DNA from: Candidatus Iainarchaeum sp.
GTDB lineage: Archaea > Nanobdellota > Nanobdellia > Pacearchaeales > GW2011-AR1
Length of the DNA stretch: 64,000 bases
NCBI GenBank assembly: GCA_043815085.1
Contig: JBDRJG010000001.1
Coordinates: forward strand, 1,594 to 65,593
Reading direction: 5' to 3'
Shown in pieces: positions 1 to 10,352 of this stretch. How positions within the stretch are numbered: the first letter of the stretch is position 1; each line of letters opens with the position of its first letter. The position numbers were made by a program, and so were the translations under genes. The notes under the pieces were generated by a model that had not been told where the DNA came from, did no database searches, and was given only the letters and a program-made list of their open reading frames with translations.

Positions 1-59
1 TGGCTCAAAGCAGGTCCAGGAACCATTGCTCCTCCTTCCACCAAAAGTTTAATCTGCAT
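1..59 (-). CDS. rpl11: 50S ribosomal protein L11, N-terminal part (runs off window)
   Basis: Manual translation MQIKLLVEGGAMVPGPALS; follows spt5 as in conserved archaeal order. Confidence 0.9.
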   Translation of the reverse strand, partial: MQIKLLVEGGAMVPGPALS

Positions 60-109
60 TTTAATTTCCTACATTCTTTAATTTAATTTTATATACAATT
101 TCTTTTAAT

Positions 110-580
110 TTATTCATTTTCTTCTTCCTCTTCACGTCTTATGACTTTAACATTATCTATTTTAACTGTGAGTGGTAAAGGAACAACTGCTCCAAATAAA
201 CTCACAACAACTTCTTCTTTTTGTTTGTCTATTCTTAAAACTTTTGCTTTTTCTCCCTTGAGTGTTGAGCCTATCAATTCAACAATGTCTCCTTCTTTAA
301 TTGAAACACTTTCTACTGTTGGCTGAACCATTCCTTTAATTTCTTCATACCCTATTGTCTTTCCTATAATTCCCTTCACATACGGGAGATTAAAAACAGC
401 TTCTTCTGCAGATTCTCTGTCTTCTGCCTCGAGAAAAATATATCCTCTCAATCCATGAGGACGCAAAACAGAATAGACATTAAGATTTTTTTTCTCTGCC
501 CTGTTAGAAATCATATCTACTGCCCTCTCTTCTTTATTTGTCGTCACTTTTATTATAAACATCATTTTATCTTGTTCCAA
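110..580 (-). CDS. spt5: Transcription elongation factor Spt5/NusG
   Basis: NGN domain (LRGYIFLEA) plus KOW (EGDIVELIG...GEKAKV); start may be an internal ATG rather than TTG. Confidence 0.95.
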   Translation of the reverse strand: MEQDKMMFIIKVTTNKEERAVDMISNRAEKKNLNVYSVLRPHGLRGYIFLEAEDRESAEEAVFNLPYVKGIIGKTIGYEEIKGMVQPTVESVSIKEGDIVELIGSTLKGEKAKVLRIDKQKEEVVVSLFGAVVPLPLTVKIDNVKVIRREEEEENE

Positions 581-753
581 CTACCTCTTAATATCTAAGA
601 AGTAGATTATAATTTATAAAATTGCGGGTTTATAAATTTATTCTTTTAGTTTTGTTTTCTAAAAGATTTTGGTGAAAAAATTTTGTAATTTTTTCTCCAA
701 AATAGCAACTGCATAAAAGACTAATAAATATTTATGTTCTCTGTTAAATAAAA

Positions 754-921
754 TTATTTTGCAAAAAGTTTCATAATTAATGCAATAATAAAGCCTCCAA
801 GCCCGATTATCCCTATTCCAATTGCAGAAATCTTTGCTGTCTGCTCAAATTCTTTTTTCGTCGGCTTTTTCAAAACCTGCCAGACTCTCTTGCATTTCAA
901 TAAAAATGATTTTATTTCCAT
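754..921 (-). CDS. secE: Protein translocase subunit SecE/Sec61-gamma (55 aa, not in ORF track)
   Basis: MEIKSFLLKCKRVWQVLKKPTKKEFEQTAKISAIGIGIIGLGGFII...; KP-x3-EF motif plus TM; ftsZ-secE-spt5 synteny. Confidence 0.93.
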   Translation of the reverse strand: MEIKSFLLKCKRVWQVLKKPTKKEFEQTAKISAIGIGIIGLGGFIIALIMKLFAK

Positions 922-955
922 AATTAAATTAGATAGAAAGGGTTTTTAAAATTAT

Positions 956-1333
956 TTAAAATCTATTTGGATGTTCTTTCTTTAAATCCGAAATAACTTC
1001 CCAAATTATATACTCCTCTTTTAATTGTTCAATTATAGCATGATAATTTTCTGCTCCATCATAAACTTTGTAACCTTCTAATCCATCTTTTAATTTATCT
1101 GGAGCCCAATAAGCTAGATAACTTATAAATGGCCAGGGCTGAACTGAAAATTTTTTTGCTCTTGTTTCTAAATAGCTTATACCAGGAAATGTTGGAATAT
1201 TCTCTCTAAGTTCTGCTTTTCTTCTATCAATTTCTTCATTTGTTAAACCAAGAAATTTCTCAATATCCTTATCTTTTTTAAAGGAAATAGATAATTTTCC
1301 ATCTTTTGTAATGTCTTTTCTTATTTTTGCCAT
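956..1333 (-). CDS. Hypothetical protein between ftsZ and secE
   Basis: 125-aa ORF whose ATG lies 1 nt after the ftsZ stop; no recognised motif. Confidence 0.7.
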   Translation of the reverse strand: MAKIRKDITKDGKLSISFKKDKDIEKFLGLTNEEIDRRKAELRENIPTFPGISYLETRAKKFSVQPWPFISYLAYWAPDKLKDGLEGYKVYDGAENYHAIIEQLKEEYIIWEVISDLKKEHPNRF

Positions 1334-1334
1334 T

Positions 1335-2441
1335 TCAATTCTCAAAAAACTCTATTCCTAATTCTTCCTCTATTTCCTTGTGCTTCAAAGATTCAAGAGA
1401 TTCACTATGCCCAAAAATCTGCGAAGATTTTACACCTGTTACAATGAGCAAAACTCTTATTGATTTTTCCATGTCCTCTGAAATCTGAGCTCCGCCAATT
1501 AATTTTGCATCAGGACTCAATTTTTCTCCTATTGTTCCTATTATTGTTTTGTATTCTTCAAGACTCATGTTTGGTCCTCCAACAACATTTACCAATGCTC
1601 CTGTTGCATCTGAAATATCTACATCTAAAAGAGGATTATTTATTGCTTTCTCAATTGCTTCCATTGCCCTATTCTGGCTGTTAGACTCTCCCATTCCTAT
1701 TAGTGAAACCCCCCCATTAGACATTACTGTTTTTACATCTGCAAAATCTAAGTTAACTAAACCAGTTGTGGTGACTAATTCTGTTACACCTTTCACTGCA
1801 TTTGTTAAAACCTCATCAGCAATCTTAAATGCTGTGTGCAATGGCAAATCAGGAGCCAATTCCAAAAGTTTGTCATTTGGTATAACAATTAAAGTATCTA
1901 CAACCCCTTCTAATCTTTCTAATCCATCCATTGCATTTTCTATTCTCTTTTTTCCTTCCATTGTGAAGGGCAAAGTTACTATTGCAATTGTCAGAGCCCC
2001 TTGTTTTTTCGCAAGCCCTGCAATGACTGGCGCTGCTCCTGTTCCTGTTCCTCCTCCTAATCCGCAAGTGAGAAAAATCATATCTGAACCCACAATTTTC
2101 TTTTTTATTTCTGATTCAGATTCTTTTGCAGCCTCCTGTCCAACCTGTGGATTGCTTCCTGCACCCAATCCCTGAGTCAACTCCTTTCCAATTAGAACTT
2201 TCTGATCTGCATTGGAATAGAGTAAATCCTGTGCATCAGTATTTACTGCAATTAACTCTCCTCCTCTAATTCCAATTTCTTTCATTCTACTAAGAGAATT
2301 ATTCCCTCCTCCGCCTATTCCTATCACCTTTATTTTTGCTGATTGTTTTTTCAAGAGTTCTTCAAGTTCTATATCTATCTCTCTTAACTCAGCCGATGGA
2401 GAATATTCGAAAGACTCATCATCTCTATTTATATCTGCCAT
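1335..2441 (-). CDS. ftsZ: Cell division protein FtsZ
   Basis: GGGGNN, NTDAQDL, tubulin signature GGGTGTG, NLDFAD. Confidence 0.99.
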   Translation of the reverse strand: MADINRDDESFEYSPSAELREIDIELEELLKKQSAKIKVIGIGGGGNNSLSRMKEIGIRGGELIAVNTDAQDLLYSNADQKVLIGKELTQGLGAGSNPQVGQEAAKESESEIKKKIVGSDMIFLTCGLGGGTGTGAAPVIAGLAKKQGALTIAIVTLPFTMEGKKRIENAMDGLERLEGVVDTLIVIPNDKLLELAPDLPLHTAFKIADEVLTNAVKGVTELVTTTGLVNLDFADVKTVMSNGGVSLIGMGESNSQNRAMEAIEKAINNPLLDVDISDATGALVNVVGGPNMSLEEYKTIIGTIGEKLSPDAKLIGGAQISEDMEKSIRVLLIVTGVKSSQIFGHSESLESLKHKEIEEELGIEFFEN

Positions 2442-2458
2442 ATGTTCTAAAAGAAAAG

Positions 2459-2485
2459 TTTATTTTTAAGCATTATTGTGATTTT
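2459..2485 (-). promoter_or_regulatory. Putative BRE/TATA promoter of ftsZ; near-identical to the element upstream of purM
   Basis: AAAATCACAATAATGCTTAAAAATAAA, 17 nt before the ATG; 25/27 match to 11653-11679. Confidence 0.6.
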
Positions 2486-2561
2486 AAATTAGTTATTTGT
2501 TGGTTTTAGGGATTATTATAGTTTTAGTTAGATTTTTAAACAGATAAATGTCTCAAAAGCC

Positions 2562-3104
2562 ATGAGAAATATTGAAGAAAAGATTAAGGGGTCTGTAATC
2601 CCAACTGCAGATGAAATTGAAGATATAGTTAGAGCTAAAAAAGCAATTGAATATAATAAGAAAAATAATTTAAATATCCCTTATATTCTCTCTGGTTTAG
2701 GCCCAGATACAAATAAATTTTTAGAAGGGGATTTTAATGGAGAAATAAACTTCCACAAGGAACTTTATGAATATATGATGAACAACACTAAAGAGATCTT
2801 TGGGGTTGACATCAATGCTCTTGACACTGTTGGGAATATTTTACAAACATTTCCCTCTGAGCAAGAAGGAAAATATTTATTTTTTAGTTATCCTCTTCAT
2901 AATCTCAGAACAAGATTAATTGAAAAAGACCTTAAAAGAGAAAAAGCAATTTCAGAAAACTTAAAAATAATCTATGTAAACACAACAAAAAATTTGTTTA
3001 AAAATCTCTTTTATGAAACTCTTGCATTTACAAAATATTTTTTAATTAAAAGAAATAAATTAAAAAATCTTGCTAAAGGGGCTTCTTCTCTTCAATTTCC
3101 TTAA
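2562..3104 (+). CDS. Hypothetical protein, possibly YdcF/DUF218-like
   Basis: RAKKA...ILSG...DTVGN...SYPLHNLR pattern resembles DUF218. Confidence 0.5.
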   Translation: MRNIEEKIKGSVIPTADEIEDIVRAKKAIEYNKKNNLNIPYILSGLGPDTNKFLEGDFNGEINFHKELYEYMMNNTKEIFGVDINALDTVGNILQTFPSEQEGKYLFFSYPLHNLRTRLIEKDLKREKAISENLKIIYVNTTKNLFKNLFYETLAFTKYFLIKRNKLKNLAKGASSLQFP

Positions 3105-3714
3105 TTTCAAGATTTAATCCCAAAATCTCTTTATATTTCTCTTTAAAAAGTTCTATAAATTTCACCATACTTTTTTCAGCATCTAAAATTAATTTGCCAT
3201 CCTTAATCTCAAATTTAAACTCTCGTCTAAAGAAAAAATCATTCAATGCCTTAATTTTTTCATTTAAATCTTCAATTTTTTTAAGAACTTTTATTTTATA
3301 AATAATCTCTTTTCCTGCCAAGGGATTATTAAAATCCACCATAACTCTTCCCCCTGAAACAGTCAAGACTTTCCCAATCTTATTATCAAAATTAAAGACT
3401 GCTCCTGGAATTGGATTTATCTTGTGCTCTATAAAGACTTTTATTGGCATTCTCTGAATTAAATCTGGATTTCTTCTTCCAAATGCTTTTTCCGGACTTA
3501 ATTCTATCTCATATTCGCCAATCTCCTTTCCAATTAAAAAATTATCAATTTCCTCAAGGAACATCCCATTTCCAAGAGAGAAGACAAATGGTTTTGCTTC
3601 TGCATTAGGATTTAGTTTTTTAATTTCATCTGAAATATTCGAATCAAAAACCTCCCCCTCTTTTATTCTTCCTGTAAATTCGATTTCAATGAAATCATTT
3701 TTCTTAAGGCTCAT
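3073..3714 (-). CDS. FKBP-type peptidyl-prolyl isomerase (SlyD-like, long archaeal type)
   Basis: GEVFDS, PEKAFG, VDFNNPLAGK. Confidence 0.93.
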   Translation of the reverse strand: MSLKKNDFIEIEFTGRIKEGEVFDSNISDEIKKLNPNAEAKPFVFSLGNGMFLEEIDNFLIGKEIGEYEIELSPEKAFGRRNPDLIQRMPIKVFIEHKINPIPGAVFNFDNKIGKVLTVSGGRVMVDFNNPLAGKEIIYKIKVLKKIEDLNEKIKALNDFFFRREFKFEIKDGKLILDAEKSMVKFIELFKEKYKEILGLNLEIKEIEEKKPL

Positions 3715-3764
3715 TAATTTTCTTAAGTAAAAACGTTTATAAATGTATTTTTTTTGTTTAATTT

Positions 3765-4157
3765 ATGGTTTTAAAAATTATTAATGCAACAGAGGTAAAA
3801 GTGGGGACAAATATTATCGTTGGTGGAACTGTCTGCACTGTAAAAAGCATAGACATTTCAAAGACAGGAAAACACGGACATGCTAAATGTAGAATTGAGG
3901 CAGTTGGAATTATAAATGGAACAAAAAAGGTTTTTGTTGTCCCCGGACATGAAAGATTAGAGGTTCCAAATGTGGATAAAAGAAAAGCACAAATCCTTTC
4001 AAAAGAAGACGGAAAAGCAAGTTTAATGGATTTAGAAAATTTCGAAACAATTGAAGTTCCTTGCCCAGACAAAACTGTATTTGAAGAGCTTGAAGAAGGT
4101 GGTAACTGCGAATATTGGGATATTGAGGGGGATAAAATAATAAAGAGAAGATTATAA
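3765..4157 (+). CDS. eif5a: Translation factor aIF5A
   Basis: Hypusine motif SKTGKHGHAK. Confidence 0.97.
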   Translation: MVLKIINATEVKVGTNIIVGGTVCTVKSIDISKTGKHGHAKCRIEAVGIINGTKKVFVVPGHERLEVPNVDKRKAQILSKEDGKASLMDLENFETIEVPCPDKTVFEELEEGGNCEYWDIEGDKIIKRRL

Positions 4158-4158
4158 A

Positions 4159-4323
4159 ATGGGAAAAATACCAGAAGCACAAAATAGATTATTTAAGAAT
4201 GTTTTTGTCTGTAAGAATTGCAAAGCAAAGATAAAATCAGATATTCAAAAAGTTTTAAAGGGAAAAGTAAGATGCAGAAAATGCGGAAAGAAAGCTTTTC
4301 GCCCAATAAAAAAGAATAAATAA
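4159..4323 (+). CDS. rpl40e: 50S ribosomal protein L40e (54 aa, not in ORF track)
   Basis: MGKIPEAQNRLFKNVFVCKNCKAK...VRCRKCGKKAFRPIKK, two CxxC pairs. Confidence 0.88.
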   Translation: MGKIPEAQNRLFKNVFVCKNCKAKIKSDIQKVLKGKVRCRKCGKKAFRPIKKNK

Positions 4324-4389
4324 CAAAATTGATAGTCTTACCATTATCCTTTTAAACCTAATTTTACTTAACGTTAAGAGGGAAAAAAT

Positions 4390-5817
4390 ATGAATTTTAT
4401 TGGATATGATATTATATTTTTAGTAGTATTTCTAATTTTTATTTCTGCTTTTCTCTATTTTAATCGAAAAAATCTGAAAAAAGAAGGACTTTTATTTTTG
4501 TATAAAACTACTTGGGGAATGAAGCAGATTGACAAAATTGGAAAAAGATATCAAAAAACCCTCAAATTTCTTAGTTACATCTCAATAACTATGGGATATC
4601 TCCTAATGGTTTCTATGCTTTATTTACTTGGAAAGATAATTTATCTCTATGTTACATATCCTTCTATTGTTCGAGCAATAAAAGTTCCCCCAATCACACC
4701 TCTTATACCTTATCTACCCCAAATGTTCAAACTTGATTTTCTGCCTCCTTTTTATTTTACATACTGGATAATAATTCTCGCTCTAATTGCTATAACTCAT
4801 GAATTTGCGCATGGAATACTTATGAAAAGATATGGAGTAAGAATAAAATCAACTGGTTTTGGTTTTTTTCCTTTCTTTCTTCCAATATTTTTAGCTGCAT
4901 TTGTTGAGCAAGATGAGAAGAGCATGATAAAAAGCAGCAAATTTAATCAGATGGCAATTCTATCTGCAGGGACCTTTGCGAATGTATTAACTGCTATTTT
5001 CTTTTTTGTAATAATGTGGTTATTCTTTACAGTCTCTTTTGTTCCAGCAGGAGCTCAATTTAACACCTATTCATATTCTATTGTTGCTATTTCTGGAATT
5101 AGTTCTATTAACAATATATCTCTTGAAAATGCAACTTATTTGCAATTATTGAATTTTTCTAATGAAGATGGATTAAATAAAATAGAATATCAAGGCAAAA
5201 CTTACCTGATGAACAAGATTGGTTTAGAAGAACAAAAAGGAACCTCTAATCTTTTAATATTATATGAAGACGCTCCAGCCATTAACGCGAATTTGGAAGG
5301 GGCGATAGTATCTGTGAACAATATTAAAATAAACGGTTGGGAAGAGTTTGGAGAACAAATTTCAAACTTCTCTCCTGGAGAGAATATAACAATAAAAACA
5401 ATTATAGATGATGAAGTTAAAAATTATGAGATAACTCTTGGAGAAAGTCCAGATAATCCTGAAGAGCCATATGTGGGGGTTGGATATGCTGAACAAAAGA
5501 GAAGTGGACTGCTCGGAAAAGTAGTTGAAACCCTTTCTTCTTTTAAGAAACAATATATATATTATGAGCCAAAATTTGAAGCAGCAGAATTTCTTTATGA
5601 TTTGCTATGGTGGATTGTTTTAATAAGTATAAGCGTTGCACTTGTAAATATGCTCCCTATGGGGATCTTCGACGGAGGAAGGTTCTTTTACCTAACAATT
5701 CTGGGCCTAACCAAATCAAAGAAAAAAGCAGAAAAATGGTTCAAAATTTCAACTAACTTTTTATTATTCCTATTAATTGTTCTTATGATTTTATGGGCGA
5801 TTAGTTGGATAAAGTAA
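4390..5817 (+). CDS. Site-2 (M50) intramembrane metalloprotease with PDZ-like insert
   Basis: HEFAH zinc motif, NMLPMGIFDGG, multiple TMs. Confidence 0.95.
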   Translation: MNFIGYDIIFLVVFLIFISAFLYFNRKNLKKEGLLFLYKTTWGMKQIDKIGKRYQKTLKFLSYISITMGYLLMVSMLYLLGKIIYLYVTYPSIVRAIKVPPITPLIPYLPQMFKLDFLPPFYFTYWIIILALIAITHEFAHGILMKRYGVRIKSTGFGFFPFFLPIFLAAFVEQDEKSMIKSSKFNQMAILSAGTFANVLTAIFFFVIMWLFFTVSFVPAGAQFNTYSYSIVAISGISSINNISLENATYLQLLNFSNEDGLNKIEYQGKTYLMNKIGLEEQKGTSNLLILYEDAPAINANLEGAIVSVNNIKINGWEEFGEQISNFSPGENITIKTIIDDEVKNYEITLGESPDNPEEPYVGVGYAEQKRSGLLGKVVETLSSFKKQYIYYEPKFEAAEFLYDLLWWIVLISISVALVNMLPMGIFDGGRFFYLTILGLTKSKKKAEKWFKISTNFLLFLLIVLMILWAISWIK

Positions 5818-5848
5818 GTTTTAAAATCTGTTTTTAATTCTAATTCTT

Positions 5849-6862
5849 ATGATTCCAGAGAAAATAAAAAATATTCTTAAAAAGCAACATTACGAATTAG
5901 TCGGAAAACACTCTGCTGTGCAGATTTGCAGATGGACAAAAAAATCTTTGAGAAATGAAGGGGTTTGCTATAAAGAAAAATTTTATGGAATAAAATCACA
6001 TTTATGCTGTCAAATGAGTCCGGCTGTTATGTGGTGTCCAAATAAATGTGTGCATTGTTGGAGAGCAATTGAACTGACCATAGGAGAAAAACTTCCTGAA
6101 AAAGACATTGATTCCCCGTCGGCAATTATAGAAGGATGCATAAAAGCACAAAGAAAACTGCTTAAAGGGTTCAATATAGACAAATATTCAAAAAAGAAAC
6201 AATTAAGCAAAGCAGATATGAAAAAATACCGGGAAGCCCAAGAACCAATGCAATTTGCAATCTCGCTTTCTGGTGAACCAACTGTTTATCCTTGTATTGG
6301 GGGGTTAATTTCAGAGCTTCGTAAAAGAGGAAAAACTTCTTTTTTAGTTACAAATGGTCTATATCCTGAGAAACTTAAGGAATTATTAAAAGAGAATCAA
6401 CTGCCTACTCAATTATACATTTCTATTAACACTCCAAATGAAGAACTTTACAATATATTCCATAGAAGCAAAATTAAAAATGCTTGGGAAAAATTAAATG
6501 AGACTTTGGAACTTCTACTAAAGCTGAAAGGAAAAACTCGAACTATCTTTAGAATGAATCTTGTAAAAAATCTCAACATGTTTCCTGAACAAGCAAAAGA
6601 ATATGCTCAATTAATAAAAAAATCAAACCCCCTATTCGTGGAAATTAAAGGATTTATGAGTGTAGGCTTTGCAAGGGAAAGATTGGGATATGATAGAATG
6701 CCAACTGATAAAGAAATGGAGAATTTTATAGTTGTATTATTAAAAGAACTAAAGAAAATAGGATTGAAAGAGTATAATTTGCTTGATAAGCATGAATATT
6801 CTAGAGCTTATGTTTTGGGAAGAAATAGGAAAGATTTGAAGATAAAAGATAGTGAAATTTAA
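5849..6862 (+). CDS. taw1: tRNA 4-demethylwyosine synthase Tyw1/Taw1 (radical SAM)
   Basis: HSAVQICRWTK, CYKEKFYGI, CPNKCVHCWR, SLSGEPT. Confidence 0.95.
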   Translation: MIPEKIKNILKKQHYELVGKHSAVQICRWTKKSLRNEGVCYKEKFYGIKSHLCCQMSPAVMWCPNKCVHCWRAIELTIGEKLPEKDIDSPSAIIEGCIKAQRKLLKGFNIDKYSKKKQLSKADMKKYREAQEPMQFAISLSGEPTVYPCIGGLISELRKRGKTSFLVTNGLYPEKLKELLKENQLPTQLYISINTPNEELYNIFHRSKIKNAWEKLNETLELLLKLKGKTRTIFRMNLVKNLNMFPEQAKEYAQLIKKSNPLFVEIKGFMSVGFARERLGYDRMPTDKEMENFIVVLLKELKKIGLKEYNLLDKHEYSRAYVLGRNRKDLKIKDSEI

Positions 6863-6901
6863 CAACAAATTTTATAACCCCCTATAAATTCTTGATATTC
6901 T

Positions 6902-8839
6902 ATGATGTGGAATTTATACGAAGATGAAGAGTTTCTTAAACCTCTTAAATTCTCAAATGGGAAAACTCAGGAGGATGTTGTAAGAGAAGTTCTTGAAGCA
7001 ATAAAAGAGGGGCACAAAGTAATTTTTATAAATGGGAAATGTGGGACCGGGAAAAGTGCGATTGCGTTAAACATTGCAAAGAAGATTGGAAAGACATCAA
7101 TAATAGTCCCTGGAAAGAATCTCCAGCAACAGTATAAAAAAGATTATGAGAATAATAAATATCTTCTTAAGAAAGATAACACAAAACTAAAGATAAGTGT
7201 AATAACGGGAAGAAATAACCACAAATGCAAATTTCTTGAGGATGATAAAAATGCAATTCCCGCAATAAAAAAAGAAATTAATTCAAAATTATATGATATT
7301 TTTTCTGGAAAGAGAGAAAAATTGAATAGAATGACTGCGAATGATTTTTCTGCAGACAATTTTAATATTCCCTGCAGAATAGAAATAAAAGAAAAAAATA
7401 TCTCTAAAATAAAAGAATATCTAAAGCAAAACAAAAAAGTGAACATAGCTGACTTTGAGAGATTAAGTGATATAAAGAGAATCCCGATTGCATCTCTCTG
7501 CCCCTATTGGAGTCCTGTTTTCCCTGAAGATTTTGAATCAAAATATCTTGGAAAAGTTGAAAAAAGAAAATATAAAGGATTAAATGGAAAAGAATTTATC
7601 TTTTATCTCAGAAAACCCGGATGTAAATTTTATGAACAATTTAATTCTTACATAGATTCTGATGTTATCGTATTTAATTCATTAAAATATGAATTTGAAT
7701 TTGCAATGAATAGAAAACCTTTTACTGAAGCAGAAATTATAGACGAATGTGATGAATTTCTCGATAGTTTTGCGAATCAAAGAACAATAAATATAGACAG
7801 ATTGCAAAATTCGCTCTCACAAATACCTTCCTCGAATAGAGAAAATTTTCAAAAAATACAAGAGATTATGGAAATTCTCAAGCATCTAAAAACAGACAAG
7901 CAAGTTTTAAAATCATTGGATACAAATGAGATTATCCCTCTTAAAAAAACAGGAATCTATGATTTAATTAATATTTTCCTAAAAGAGCCTGGATTTCTAG
8001 AAGATATTGACGAAGATAGCTATGCCTATGATATTGAAAAAACTGCATTTATATTTGAGCATTTTCTTGACGAGAGTTATGTTATATTTAATAAAAAAGA
8101 GGAAAATCTAATTGCAAATATTGTCACAACAAATCTCTCTAAAAAATTCAAATGGCTAAAAGATAAGAATAAAGTCCTTATTTTAATGTCTGGAACGATT
8201 CATTCAAAAGATGTTTTAAAAGATATCTTCGGAATTGAAGAATTCAAATTAATAGAAGCGGAGACTAAACAGCCCGGAGAAATAAGAATAAGAAGAACAG
8301 GACTAGAGATGGATTGTAAATATTCAAACTTTTCTAATAACAAATTTACACGAAAAGATTATCTTTCTGCATTTGACAGATGCATTGATATTGCTGAAAA
8401 ACCAGTGCTCGTGCATGTGAATGGATTTTCTGACTTAGCAAGTGAGGATGAGATTAAAAAATTTAATCTAAAAAATTTTCCATCTAGAAGGAATTTAATT
8501 GAAAGTCAAAATGAGGACAAGGAAGGATTAATAGTTCAAAATTTTAAAAATAAAAAAACAGACATCTTATTTTCAACAAGAGTGTCTAGAGGAATGGATT
8601 TCCCTGGAGAGCAATGTCGAAGCATAATTTTCACTAAATATCCAAATCCAGACATAAAAAACTCTTTTTGGAGAATTTTAGGAAAAACACGCCCGATGCA
8701 TTATTGGAACTTTTATCGGGACAAAGCGCGTAGAGAATTGCTGCAAAAAGTATACAGGGGAGTAAGACATGAAGGAGATTATGTTTATGTTTTAAGTCCT
8801 GATAAAAGAGTTACTGATTTTTTTGAAAAAACAAATTAA
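6902..8839 (+). CDS. SF2 helicase, DinG/XPD-like
   Basis: Walker A GKCGTGKS, DECD, MSGT, RGMDFPGEQCR, Q-x3-RG-x-R. Confidence 0.8.
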   Translation: MMWNLYEDEEFLKPLKFSNGKTQEDVVREVLEAIKEGHKVIFINGKCGTGKSAIALNIAKKIGKTSIIVPGKNLQQQYKKDYENNKYLLKKDNTKLKISVITGRNNHKCKFLEDDKNAIPAIKKEINSKLYDIFSGKREKLNRMTANDFSADNFNIPCRIEIKEKNISKIKEYLKQNKKVNIADFERLSDIKRIPIASLCPYWSPVFPEDFESKYLGKVEKRKYKGLNGKEFIFYLRKPGCKFYEQFNSYIDSDVIVFNSLKYEFEFAMNRKPFTEAEIIDECDEFLDSFANQRTINIDRLQNSLSQIPSSNRENFQKIQEIMEILKHLKTDKQVLKSLDTNEIIPLKKTGIYDLINIFLKEPGFLEDIDEDSYAYDIEKTAFIFEHFLDESYVIFNKKEENLIANIVTTNLSKKFKWLKDKNKVLILMSGTIHSKDVLKDIFGIEEFKLIEAETKQPGEIRIRRTGLEMDCKYSNFSNNKFTRKDYLSAFDRCIDIAEKPVLVHVNGFSDLASEDEIKKFNLKNFPSRRNLIESQNEDKEGLIVQNFKNKKTDILFSTRVSRGMDFPGEQCRSIIFTKYPNPDIKNSFWRILGKTRPMHYWNFYRDKARRELLQKVYRGVRHEGDYVYVLSPDKRVTDFFEKTN

Positions 8840-8849
8840 GAATTATATT

Positions 8850-9563
8850 TTATTGAGTTTTAACTGATTCTTTCTGTTTTAAGAGCATTTTCCAGATTAA
8901 ATATACTAAAACTATAAGATAAATTATGCTAAGCCAAATAATTACTGCAGATAAAATTGGACTACTTTTTACAAACACCTCCCCAAAGTAAGTTTGAATA
9001 AAAATTAGGGGAATCAATCCAAGTCCAGTTCCCAGCAAAAAATTCCATGTTTTCATCTTACTCAAACCTGCTAAATAACTGAACAAATCAGAAGTTGTAA
9101 GAGGATTTATTCTAAGAATAAAGAGAGAGAAAATTCCGTATTTCTCTGAAAAATTGTCAAACTTTATTCTTAAATTTTTGTTAATTTTTCTTTCGACAAA
9201 ATTTCTTCCATATTTTCTTGCTATTCCAAAAGCTATTAATGCCCCAAGTAAATTCCCTATAAGTGTCAGAATCCCTCCATAAAATGCCCCAAATAAAACT
9301 CCTCCAGCAACATATAAGACAACAGCTGGGATTGGAGCAAGAACACATTCTAATATCACCAAAAGAATAAACATTAATTCTCCGAATATTCCGAAAGAAT
9401 TCACAAAAGATATAATTGAATCTGGATTATTATGTACAAGAGAATATATTACTCCTGAAGAAAAAGAGGAATAGAAAAATATTGTTGAAATTAAAATTAA
9501 GATAAGTATAATTAACCAGTTTTCTTTAAGGAATTTTAAAGATTTCTCTACTCTTTTTCCCAT
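8850..9563 (-). CDS. TVP38/TMEM64 (DedA/VTT) membrane protein
   Basis: LAPIP...AGG.FG; LRINP...SYLAGL. Confidence 0.9.
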   Translation of the reverse strand: MGKRVEKSLKFLKENWLIILILILISTIFFYSSFSSGVIYSLVHNNPDSIISFVNSFGIFGELMFILLVILECVLAPIPAVVLYVAGGVLFGAFYGGILTLIGNLLGALIAFGIARKYGRNFVERKINKNLRIKFDNFSEKYGIFSLFILRINPLTTSDLFSYLAGLSKMKTWNFLLGTGLGLIPLIFIQTYFGEVFVKSSPILSAVIIWLSIIYLIVLVYLIWKMLLKQKESVKTQ

Positions 9564-9605
9564 TAATAAAAGAATATTTTTTATTATATATAAATATACT
9601 GAAAG

Positions 9606-10307
9606 CTAATTGGAAGCGATTTTTTGTCTTTTTTTCGTCTTTTTGAAAAAGAGAAAATACAAAAATCCCAATAAAAGAGCAGTTAAATAAATTATTGCAA
9701 TTCCCAAGAATATTTTAAACAAAAGAGGATTCTTCCCAATTTCTTTTCCAAAGTATGTCTGGATGAAAATTGCAGGAGCCAGTCCTAAAAGTGTCCATAT
9801 TAAGAATTCCCGTAATTTCATCTTTGTTAGGCCGGCAAGATAACTCCAGATATCTGAAGAAGTTAAAGGATTTACTCTAAGAATAAATATTGAAAGTTTT
9901 CCGTATTTGTCAGAAAAAGCATCAAATTTATCAATATGCTTTTTTTCTATTTTTTTCTCCACAAAAGCCCTTCCATATATCCTAGCAATTTTGAATGCAA
10001 TTGAAGAACCGATTGCTACCCCAATCATTATGAGAATCCACGAGACATAAGGCCCAAAAACAATTCCTCCAGCTACGTAAAAGAAAAATGGATGAATCGG
10101 AGCGAGAACAATCCCTGCAATAATCAAGAGAATATAAATTAAAAAAGAAATTCCTTTAAATGAAGAGATAAAAAGAATCATCTCTTCCTGATTAAAATTT
10201 ATTAAAGAATAAAAAAACCCTCTTGTAATATAAGAATATAATAGAAATCCCAAAATAATAAGGAAAATAGCAAAAATTATCCAATCAATTAATCTCTTTT
10301 TACGCAT
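9606..10307 (-). CDS. TVP38/TMEM64 (DedA/VTT) membrane protein, tandem paralogue
   Basis: Same motifs (LRVNPLTSSDIWSYLAGL). Confidence 0.9.
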   Translation of the reverse strand: MRKKRLIDWIIFAIFLIILGFLLYSYITRGFFYSLINFNQEEMILFISSFKGISFLIYILLIIAGIVLAPIHPFFFYVAGGIVFGPYVSWILIMIGVAIGSSIAFKIARIYGRAFVEKKIEKKHIDKFDAFSDKYGKLSIFILRVNPLTSSDIWSYLAGLTKMKLREFLIWTLLGLAPAIFIQTYFGKEIGKNPLLFKIFLGIAIIYLTALLLGFLYFLFFKKTKKRQKIASN

Positions 10308-10352
10308 GTTTTAACTAAGTTTATTCTCTTTAAAAGGAATACGCCTCCGGCA

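Noticed and set aside
611..638. Inverted repeat AATTTATAAA-N8-TTTATAAATT upstream of spt5
   Set aside because: AT-only and explainable as TATA-like boxes; not distinguishable from background
8850..10307. Tandem TVP38/DedA pair as a novel system
   Set aside because: Common family; an old paralogue pair with no other unusual signal
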